DNA of 53,836 nucleotides from an uncultured Bacteroidales bacterium (GTDB lineage Bacteria; Bacteroidota; Bacteroidia; Bacteroidales; UBA932), in the NCBI GenBank assembly GCA_946406095.1, contig CAMJJO010000001.1, forward strand, positions 1-53,836, in the 5' to 3' direction. Below the pieces are notes generated by a model. It had not been told where the DNA came from. It saw only the letters and a list, made by a program, of their open reading frames with translations, and made no database searches. Position 1 is the stretch's first letter. Every line of letters begins with the position of its first letter. The position numbers and the translations under genes are program-made. Positions 26,251 to 34,019 of the stretch are shown piece after piece.

Positions 26251-27333
26251 ATGAGCAGTTACGCCGATATCCTGCGGGTTCTGGTAGCCACTCCCTCGGT
26301 CTCTTTCAAAGAAGAGGCTGCGGCCGCTTTTCTGGGGAAGGCTCTGGACGGACTGGGCATCAAATACAGCAACTTGCGTGGCAACATCATCGCAATCAAT
26401 GCAAATAGCGACCCTTCCAAGCCTACCCTGGCATTGGACGCCCACATCGATACCGTGCCCGCGAATGAGGGATATACCCGCAGTCCCTTCGATTCCGGGG
26501 AGGATCCCCAGACAATCTACGGCCTTGGTTCCAATGACGACGGCGGCAGCGTGGTGGCCATGATTGACGCATTCAGGCACTTCTACGAGGAGGAAATGCC
26601 CATAAACCTGATGCTTGTGCTGAACCGGGAGGAGGAGGTTTCCGGCCCGGATGGCGACAGGTGGCTCTATGGGCAGGACGGCCCCTTCGGCCCCGGGAAA
26701 GAATTCCCCATGCCGGACTGGGTGATAGTGGGTGAGCCCACCGGGATGAAGGCGGCCACCAGCGAAAGGGGGCTGCTCGTGCTGGACGGCCTTGCCGAAG
26801 GAATCAGCGCCCATGCTGCCAGCGGCGAGGGCGAGAATGCACTCCTGAAGGCCCTGGACGACATCTCTGCCCTACGGAGCCACAGATTCACCCGCATATC
26901 CCCCACAATGGGCGAAGTGAAACTCAACGTCACCCAGATAGAATCCGGCAGCGCCCACAACGTCATCCCGGACAAATGCACCTTCGTTGTGGACATACGC
27001 CCCACGGAGCAGTACAGCTGCGAAGAGATACTGTCCGAACTCCAGGGACTCTGCAAGAGTAAACTTTCTGCACGCAACCTTGACCATCAGTCTTCCGCCA
27101 CGCCCGAAGCTTCCCCCCTGCTGAAGGCCGTGAAAGCCTTGGGTATCGAGACCTACTCCTCACCCACGACTTCCAACTGGACACTTATCCTGCAGGATGC
27201 GATCAAGATTGGCCCGGGCGATTCATCTCGCTCCCACAAGGCCGACGAATACATCCTCATCTCTGAAATAGAAAATGCCATTGGCACATACATCGAACTA
27301 ATCCAAACTTTCTATGGCAACTCTCTGGAATAA
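26251..27333 (+). CDS. argE: M20 family amidohydrolase, ArgE-like (acylornithine/acylcitrulline deacylase)
   Basis: AHIDTV, YGLGSNDDGG, EEEVSG, VGEPT, HNVIPD and SHKADE; arg operon context. Confidence 0.8.
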   Translation: MSSYADILRVLVATPSVSFKEEAAAAFLGKALDGLGIKYSNLRGNIIAINANSDPSKPTLALDAHIDTVPANEGYTRSPFDSGEDPQTIYGLGSNDDGGSVVAMIDAFRHFYEEEMPINLMLVLNREEEVSGPDGDRWLYGQDGPFGPGKEFPMPDWVIVGEPTGMKAATSERGLLVLDGLAEGISAHAASGEGENALLKALDDISALRSHRFTRISPTMGEVKLNVTQIESGSAHNVIPDKCTFVVDIRPTEQYSCEEILSELQGLCKSKLSARNLDHQSSATPEASPLLKAVKALGIETYSSPTTSNWTLILQDAIKIGPGDSSRSHKADEYILISEIENAIGTYIELIQTFYGNSLE

Positions 27334-28612
27334 AGGCACTTCCGCCACTGCAGCGGTGGACGCTTTCACTGTTGGCAACGACCGCATACTGGACCTGCGC
27401 CTGGCCCGTTACGACGTGCAGGGATCCCTTGCGCACATCAAGATGCTGGAAAGCATAGGCCTGCTGAGCGCAGATGAACTAGCAAAGCTTACGGCAGCGC
27501 TGGAAAAGATTGCCGCCAGCATAGAGGCAGGCGAATTCCGCCTCGAAGACGACGTGGAAGACATCCACTCGCAGGTTGAACTCTTGCTTACTCGCGAACT
27601 CGGAGAGGTGGGCAAGAAGATTCATTCCGGCCGTTCCCGCAACGACCAGGTGCTGCTGGACATACGCCTCTTCCTGCGGGACGAGATAGATACCGTGCAC
27701 GCCGAGGTCAAGGAACTCTTCGGTACCCTGCAGGCTCTGAGCGAGAAGCATAAGGATGTGCTCCTGCCAGGCTATACCCACGGCCAGCTGGCGATGCCAT
27801 CCTCGTTCGGACTCTGGTTCGGTGCCTACGCCGAGGCTCTTGTAGACGATCTCTCGCTCCTCAAGGCAGCCCGCAAGGTGGTCAACCGTAACCCTCTTGG
27901 TTCAGCCGCCGGATACGGGAATTCCTTCCCTCTGGACAGGGAGATGACAACCGGCCTGCTGGGCTTCGACTCCCCCGTCTACAACAGCATCGCCGCCCAG
28001 CTGGGGCGCGGAAAGACAGAACGCTGCGTGGCTTCTGCACTCGGCAGCATCGCCCTGACACTCAATAAGTTCGCCGCCGACTGCTGCCTCTATATGAGCC
28101 CCAACTTCGGATTCATCCACTTCCCGGACAGCCTCACCACCGGCTCCAGCATTATGCCCCACAAGAAGAATCCGGACGTATGGGAGCTGGTGCGGGCGCG
28201 CTGCAACCGCATCCTCGCCTGCGAGAACGAGATATCTCTACTGTGCAGCAACCTTCCCCATGGCTATCACAGGGATTTCCAGATTCTGAAAGACATCCTT
28301 TTCCCGGTATTGGAGATAATTCACGAGTGCCTGCAGATGACAGACTACATGCTCCGGCACATAGAGGTAAACACCCACATCCTGGACAATCCCCTGTATG
28401 AGCAGATGTTCACTGTGGAAGAAGTCAACAAGCTGGTAAAGAACGGATTACCCTTCCGGGACGCCTACCGCAAGGTGGGTGCCGAAGTGAATGAAGGCAG
28501 CTTCCATTTCGAAACCGCCGGGCTCAAGGCATCCGACCTGGGGCACACTCATATCGGAAGCATAGGCAATCTCTGCAACCAGCAGATAGCAGAACTCATG
28601 AAGGATGAATAA
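27314..28612 (+). CDS. argH: Argininosuccinate lyase
   Basis: EDIHS, IHSGRSRNDQ, PGYTH and TGSSIMPHKKNPD. Confidence 0.96.
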   Translation: MATLWNKGTSATAAVDAFTVGNDRILDLRLARYDVQGSLAHIKMLESIGLLSADELAKLTAALEKIAASIEAGEFRLEDDVEDIHSQVELLLTRELGEVGKKIHSGRSRNDQVLLDIRLFLRDEIDTVHAEVKELFGTLQALSEKHKDVLLPGYTHGQLAMPSSFGLWFGAYAEALVDDLSLLKAARKVVNRNPLGSAAGYGNSFPLDREMTTGLLGFDSPVYNSIAAQLGRGKTERCVASALGSIALTLNKFAADCCLYMSPNFGFIHFPDSLTTGSSIMPHKKNPDVWELVRARCNRILACENEISLLCSNLPHGYHRDFQILKDILFPVLEIIHECLQMTDYMLRHIEVNTHILDNPLYEQMFTVEEVNKLVKNGLPFRDAYRKVGAEVNEGSFHFETAGLKASDLGHTHIGSIGNLCNQQIAELMKDE

Positions 28613-29756
28613 AGCCAGTCTTATACTCGAAAACGGCCTCTGCATGGAGGGCATGAGCTTCGGCTACGACGGCCCCTGCGAAGGAGAACTGGTGTTCTCT
28701 ACGGCGATGGTGGGCTATCCCGAGAGCCTTACGGACCCTTCGTACGAAGGCCAGATTCTTTGCGTAAGTTACCCTATAGTAGGCAATTACGGCATTCCTG
28801 CCATGACCCGTGACGAGTGGGGCGTGTGCCTCGGTTTCGAGTCGGAGAAGATTCACGTGAGGGGTCTGGTGATTTCGGATTACAGCGGCAAGTTCAGCCA
28901 TTACGATGCCGTGAAGAGTCTTGGGCGCTGGCTCCGCGACGAGCATATTCCTGCCATCTGCGGCATCGATACACGCCACCTCACCCAACTCCTCCGCGAC
29001 AACGGCACCCTTGCCGCAAGCATAGTGCCTTGGCAGCCGCAGGTTGCACCCTCGCCGACCGCTTCGCTGCGCTTCGCCCCTCCCATCTCCGATGGGCCCC
29101 TCCCTCTAAGCCGAGGGTGGCGTAGGTCCTGCGAGGGTGCACCTGTCGGCTGCGACCAGAATCTGGCAGCAGTCGTAAGTTGCAAAGAACCAATCCATTA
29201 CGGCAAGGGTGCCAAGCGCGTGGTGCTTGTGGACTGCGGCGTGAAACACCAGATACTCCACTGCCTGCTGGAACGCGGAATCGAGGTACTGCGCGTGCCG
29301 TGGGATACGGACGTGAACAATATAGACGCCGACGGCATAATGATCTCCAACGGCCCCGGAGACCCTTCCGCATGCGTCCCTGCCATAGAATCCATAAAAA
29401 AAGCCATGGAAGGCACCAGGCCCATCTTCGGCATCTGCTTGGGAAACCAGATCATGAGCATCGCAGCCGGAGCATCCACCTACAAGATGAAATACGGCCA
29501 CCGCAGCCACAACCAGCCCGTGCGCATGTGCGGCACCCAACGCTGCTTCATCACAAGCCAGAATCACGGCTATGCGGTGGACACCAAAACGCTGAACGAA
29601 GACTGGAAGCCCTACTTCATTAACCTCAACGACGGAACTTCGGAGGGTATACGCCACCGCAGCAAACCCTTCTTCTCGGCACAGTTCCATCCCGAAGCAT
29701 CCAGCGGCCCCACCGACACGGAGTTCCTCTTCGACGAATTCATCTCCGCCCTATGA
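28605..29756 (+). CDS. carA: Carbamoyl-phosphate synthase small subunit (carries a ~40-aa palindromic-element insert)
   Basis: GELVFST.MVGYPESLTDPSY, ISNGPGDP, FGICLGNQ, TSQNHGY and QFHPEA. Confidence 0.96.
   Translation: MNKASLILENGLCMEGMSFGYDGPCEGELVFSTAMVGYPESLTDPSYEGQILCVSYPIVGNYGIPAMTRDEWGVCLGFESEKIHVRGLVISDYSGKFSHYDAVKSLGRWLRDEHIPAICGIDTRHLTQLLRDNGTLAASIVPWQPQVAPSPTASLRFAPPISDGPLPLSRGWRRSCEGAPVGCDQNLAAVVSCKEPIHYGKGAKRVVLVDCGVKHQILHCLLERGIEVLRVPWDTDVNNIDADGIMISNGPGDPSACVPAIESIKKAMEGTRPIFGICLGNQIMSIAAGASTYKMKYGHRSHNQPVRMCGTQRCFITSQNHGYAVDTKTLNEDWKPYFINLNDGTSEGIRHRSKPFFSAQFHPEASSGPTDTEFLFDEFISAL
29033..29153. repeat. In-frame palindromic element, copy 1 (inside carA)
   Basis: Imperfect 23-bp terminal IR GCAGCCGCAGGTTGCACCCTCGC / GCGAGGGTGCACCTGTCGGCTGC. 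Core GCCCCTCCCATCTCCGATGGGCCCCTCCC (29076-29104) is shared with copy 2. Confidence 0.85.
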
Positions 29757-32700
29757 AAGACAACACGCTAAAGAAAGTTCTGATACTAGGCTCCGGCGCC
29801 CTCAAGATCGGAGAGGCCGGCGAATTCGACTATAGCGGCTCGCAGGCCCTCAAGGCCCTGCGCGAGGAAGGTCTGGAAACCGTCCTCATCAACCCCAATA
29901 TAGCCACCGTGCAGACCTCTGAAGGCGTTGCAGACAGGATTTATTTCCTGCCGGTAACTCCATCGTTCGTAGAGAAAGTCATTGAAAAAGAGCGCCCTCA
30001 GGGCATACTCCTCTCGTTCGGAGGGCAGACCGCCCTCAACTGCGGGGTCGAACTATACCGCAGCGGCGTGCTCGAGCATTACGGCGTCCGCGTGCTGGGC
30101 ACTCCCGTGCAGACCATCATCGACACCGAAGACCGCGAGTTGTTCGTGCAGCGTCTGGATGAGATAGGCGTGCACACGATACGTTCGCATGCAGCGGCTT
30201 CACAGGAAGAGGCCAGGAAAGCCGCCGCCGAGTTGGGATACCCAGTAATTGTGCGTGCTGCATACGCCCTGGGAGGCCTGGGATCGGGATTCTGCGACAA
30301 CGAGGCCGAACTCGATGCCGTCACTGCAAAGGCATTCACCTTCTCCGGCCAGGTGCTTATCGAGAAGTCCCTGAAGGGGTGGAAGGAGATAGAATACGAG
30401 ATTGTGAGGGACTGCTACGACAACTGCATCGCCGTCTGCAATATGGAGAATTTCGATCCCCTGGGCATACACACGGGCGAAAGCATAGTCGTGGCACCTT
30501 CGCAGACCCTCACGAACGCCGAATATCATTTCCTGCGCCGCACCTCCATAGACATTGTCCGCCATCTGGGCATTGTGGGCGAATGCAATGTGCAGTATGC
30601 CTTCAGCCCGGACGGCGAGGACTACCGCGTGATCGAGGTGAACGCCCGCCTCAGCCGCTCGTCGGCCCTGGCATCGAAGGCCACAGGCTATCCCCTGGCA
30701 TTCATAGCAGCCAAACTCAGCCTCGGCTACGGCCTATTCGACCTTAAGAACGCTGTCACTCAGAGCACCCCGGCCTTCTTCGAGCCGGCTCTGGACTATG
30801 TGGTTTGCAAAATCCCTCGCTGGGACCTTGCAAAATTCAAGGAAGTATCCCGCGAGTTGGGCTCCAGTATGAAAAGTGTGGGAGAGGTGATGGCCATAGG
30901 CAGATGCTTCGAAGAGGCGATACAGAAGGGCCTTCGCATGATAGGGCAGGGTGCCAACGGGTTTGTCTGCAACAAGCCATACAAGGTGGAAGACCTGGAC
31001 TACGCCCTGCGCAATCCGGACGACACCCGCATCTTCGCCATCGCAGCCGCATTCGAATCCGGCTACGACGTGGACCGCATCCACCAGCTGACCAACATCG
31101 ACCGCTGGTTCATCGACAGGCTGGAGAATATAGAAAGGACCTACCGCGCCCTGGAAGCGTGCAAATCGCTGCAGGACGTGGGGCCCGAGCTGATGCTGAA
31201 GGCCAAGCGCGAAGGGTTCTCCGACATCCAGATCGGCCGTGTGTTCCACGTCGCAGAAGCAGAGGTGCGCGAACTGCGTCACGCCATGGGTATGCGCCCC
31301 TGCATCAAGCAGATAGACACCCTCGCGGCAGAATTCCCCGCAGTCACGAACTACCTCTATCTGACCTATAACGGAGATTGTAGCGACATCACACCCGAAC
31401 AGGGGGCCGTGATCGTGCTGGGTTCCGGGGCCTACCGCATAGGCAGCAGCGTGGAATTCGACTGGTGCGGAGTGAATGCGGCCCGCACGGTACGCAGCAG
31501 CGGGAGGCAGGCCGTCATCATCAACTTCAACCCCGAGACCGTCTCCACCGACTACGATTCCTGCGACCGCCTCTATTTCGACGAGCTGAGTCTCGAGAGC
31601 GTGCTGGAAATCTGCGACGTGGAGCATCCTGCCGGAGTGATAGTGAGCGTCGGAGGACAGATCCCGAACAACCTCGCACTCCCCCTTTCCAGGCTGGGAA
31701 TCCCCCTCCTGGGCACCTCCGCCGAGCATATCGACCAGGCGGAAGACCGCGGCAAGTTCTCTGCGATAGTGGACAGGCTCGGCATCGACCAGCCACGCTG
31801 GAGCGAGCTCAGGAGCTATGCGGACGTGGAGAAGTTTGTAGAAGAAGTGGGATTCCCCGTGCTCGTGCGGCCTTCCTATGTGCTTTCGGGCGCGGCGATG
31901 AATGTCTGCTACAGCAAGAAGCACCTGCGCGAGTATCTCGAGAAGGCAGAAGAAGTGTCGGAAGAGCATCCTGTGGTGATCAGCGAATTCATGCAGCGCA
32001 ACAAGGAACTAGAGTGCGATGCCGTGGCGGATGGAGGGAAAATTCTCGCCTGCGCCATCTCCGAGCACATTGAGTACGCCGGCGTGCATTCGGGAGATGC
32101 CACCATACAGTTCCCCGCCCAGACCACCTACGGAGTGACCGCCGCCCGGATCAAGCGTATCGCCGCAGCCCTGGCCTCCGAGCTGAAGATATCCGGCCCG
32201 TTCAACATACAGTTCCTCGCCGGCGAGAACAGCCTTAAGGTGATAGAATGCAACCTGCGCGCATCCAGAAGCTTCCCTTTCGTCAGCAAGATCCTGAAAC
32301 TCAACTTCATAGAGCTGGCCACGCGGGTTATGCTCGGGGAGCATCCCGAAGGCGGCCACATAGATCCCTTCGAGCTGGATTACGTGGGAGTGAAGAGTTC
32401 CCAGTTCTCGTTCGCACGCCTTGGCAAGGCGGATCCCGTGCTGGGAGTGGATATGACCTCCACCGGCGAAGTCGCCTGCATAGGCGAAACCCTCGACGAA
32501 GCCCTGCTCAAGTCAATGCTCTCCGTCGGCCACCGCATCCCCAAGGGTTCGGTGCTGGTTTCGGTGGGCGACGTGCTGCACAAGGCGGCCCTGGTGCCCG
32601 CCTGCAAGATGCTGACAGAGAGGGGGTTCAAGCTCTACGAGGATGTCTCCCCCGCCGCCATGGACCTAATCCGGGAGCACAAGGTGGATCTGGTAATCAA

Positions 32701-32878
32701 CATCCCTGAAGAATCCGCCGAAGGAGGCCCCGGCGCCGGATACGAAATACGGCGCGCCGCAGTAGACTACAACGTGCCGTTAATCACCAATATCCGCCTT
32801 GCAGATGCCTACATCCGGGCTTTCTGCAAGCTGGGAGAAGATGCCCTGGCCATCAAGGCCTGGGATGAGTACCGCTGA
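29753..32878 (+). CDS. carB: Carbamoyl-phosphate synthase large subunit
   Basis: LGSGALKIGEAGEFDYSG, GIHTGES, IEVNARLSRSSALASKATG, GSSVEFDW, RPSYVLSG and ECNLRASRS. Confidence 0.97.
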   Translation: MKDNTLKKVLILGSGALKIGEAGEFDYSGSQALKALREEGLETVLINPNIATVQTSEGVADRIYFLPVTPSFVEKVIEKERPQGILLSFGGQTALNCGVELYRSGVLEHYGVRVLGTPVQTIIDTEDRELFVQRLDEIGVHTIRSHAAASQEEARKAAAELGYPVIVRAAYALGGLGSGFCDNEAELDAVTAKAFTFSGQVLIEKSLKGWKEIEYEIVRDCYDNCIAVCNMENFDPLGIHTGESIVVAPSQTLTNAEYHFLRRTSIDIVRHLGIVGECNVQYAFSPDGEDYRVIEVNARLSRSSALASKATGYPLAFIAAKLSLGYGLFDLKNAVTQSTPAFFEPALDYVVCKIPRWDLAKFKEVSRELGSSMKSVGEVMAIGRCFEEAIQKGLRMIGQGANGFVCNKPYKVEDLDYALRNPDDTRIFAIAAAFESGYDVDRIHQLTNIDRWFIDRLENIERTYRALEACKSLQDVGPELMLKAKREGFSDIQIGRVFHVAEAEVRELRHAMGMRPCIKQIDTLAAEFPAVTNYLYLTYNGDCSDITPEQGAVIVLGSGAYRIGSSVEFDWCGVNAARTVRSSGRQAVIINFNPETVSTDYDSCDRLYFDELSLESVLEICDVEHPAGVIVSVGGQIPNNLALPLSRLGIPLLGTSAEHIDQAEDRGKFSAIVDRLGIDQPRWSELRSYADVEKFVEEVGFPVLVRPSYVLSGAAMNVCYSKKHLREYLEKAEEVSEEHPVVISEFMQRNKELECDAVADGGKILACAISEHIEYAGVHSGDATIQFPAQTTYGVTAARIKRIAAALASELKISGPFNIQFLAGENSLKVIECNLRASRSFPFVSKILKLNFIELATRVMLGEHPEGGHIDPFELDYVGVKSSQFSFARLGKADPVLGVDMTSTGEVACIGETLDEALLKSMLSVGHRIPKGSVLVSVGDVLHKAALVPACKMLTERGFKLYEDVSPAAMDLIREHKVDLVINIPEESAEGGPGAGYEIRRAAVDYNVPLITNIRLADAYIRAFCKLGEDALAIKAWDEYR

Positions 32879-33539
32879 TGCGCTCCCGCACCATGCCGCT
32901 CACAAGCAGCCATTCCGCAGTCACGTAGGTAAGCATCACCAGAGCGTGGCGGAACGGGAAGTCGATGCCGGCGAACGAGTCTATCGCAATCAGCGAATCC
33001 GAGATAATGAAGATTATGCCGCCCACGATTATGCGCGTGGCGAACGCCTTTCCGCGTATAGCCCAAAGCACGCCGCATGCAGCCACGAACATCAGCGTGA
33101 GCGCATAGACGGTGACCGCCGCGCCGAACGGCCATTCCACTCCGAAGAAACTCACGATTACCGGCGCAAGCACGAGCGGAACTATCAGGCACAGTATCTC
33201 TTTCCAGCCCTTCATGCCGCCCATTCCCGAAAGCAGGATGGCCAGGTAGAAGAAGTGGCCGATGAGGAAGGCGCCCAGCCCGGCTGCAAAGAAGGTAAAG
33301 CCGTTCAGCATCAAAAGATCGTCCCCTGTAGTATGGAAGGCTAGGCCGATCGCAAGAAGGATAGGCATCCGGCCCTTGTTCTCGGGGAGAAGCTGCACCA
33401 GCGCGGCAGCGGCCAGCGTAGGCATCAGAAAGGGCTTTATGTACATGGGAGTGGTCTCGTCGCCCAAGGCGAGGCACACTACGTCGGCAATCGACAGGAG
33501 CAGGAATAAGATTCCGAATACTTTGGTCTGTAGTTTCAT
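32853..33539 (-). CDS. YhhN/TMEM86 (lysoplasmalogenase-like) membrane protein
   Basis: KPFLMP, GDDLL, GLGAFLIGHFFY, FIISDSLIA and VMLTY. Start taken at MKLQTK. Confidence 0.85.
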   Translation of the reverse strand: MKLQTKVFGILFLLLSIADVVCLALGDETTPMYIKPFLMPTLAAAALVQLLPENKGRMPILLAIGLAFHTTGDDLLMLNGFTFFAAGLGAFLIGHFFYLAILLSGMGGMKGWKEILCLIVPLVLAPVIVSFFGVEWPFGAAVTVYALTLMFVAACGVLWAIRGKAFATRIIVGGIIFIISDSLIAIDSFAGIDFPFRHALVMLTYVTAEWLLVSGMVRERISGTHPRP

Positions 33540-33605
33540 AACTATGCAATCTTTCCCCAAATATCGGCAAAAAAATGCAAAAACAAGTAATTCACAATTA
33601 AGTAT

Positions 33606-33613
33606 TAACTTTG
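33606..33613 (+). promoter_or_regulatory. -7 promoter element (TAACTTTG) for the NUDIX gene
   Basis: TAnnTTTG match 19 nt upstream of the ATG. Confidence 0.6.
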
Positions 33614-33632
33614 CATAAATGTTTATGTAATC

Positions 33633-34019
33633 ATGAAACGCATCGAGGTAGTTGCTGCCGTAATCCGTAAGGGCGACAAGATTTTTGCCACCCAGCGGGG
33701 CTATGGTGATTGGAAAGACTGGTGGGAGTTCCCGGGTGGCAAGATGGAGCCCGGAGAGGCCCCCGAGGATGCTCTGATGCGGGAAATCCGCGAGGAGTTG
33801 AATGCCGAAATCACCGTTGGGGACTTGATCGAGACCATAGAATGGGACTATCCTGCCTTCCATCTCACTCTCCACTGCTATTGGTGCACGCTGGTCTCGG
33901 AAGGCCTCACCCTCCTGGAACACGAATCCGCCCGCTGGCTGGAAGCTTCCGAACTACGTTCAGTCCACTGGCTCCCTGCCGATGAATCTCTTGTCAGAAG
34001 GATAGAATCCTGCCTCTAG
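33633..34019 (+). CDS. mutT: MutT-like NUDIX (d)NTP pyrophosphohydrolase
   Basis: Nudix box [26 protein letters not shown]; WLPAD. Confidence 0.88.
   Translation: MKRIEVVAAVIRKGDKIFATQRGYGDWKDWWEFPGGKMEPGEAPEDALMREIREELNAEITVGDLIETIEWDYPAFHLTLHCYWCTLVSEGLTLLEHESARWLEASELRSVHWLPADESLVRRIESCL

Noticed and set aside
26660-26715. GC-rich stretch in the argE-like gene (WLYGQDGPFGPGKEFPMP) as a third element copy
   Set aside because: Lacks the CCCATC-N3-GATGGG core and long terminal IRs.
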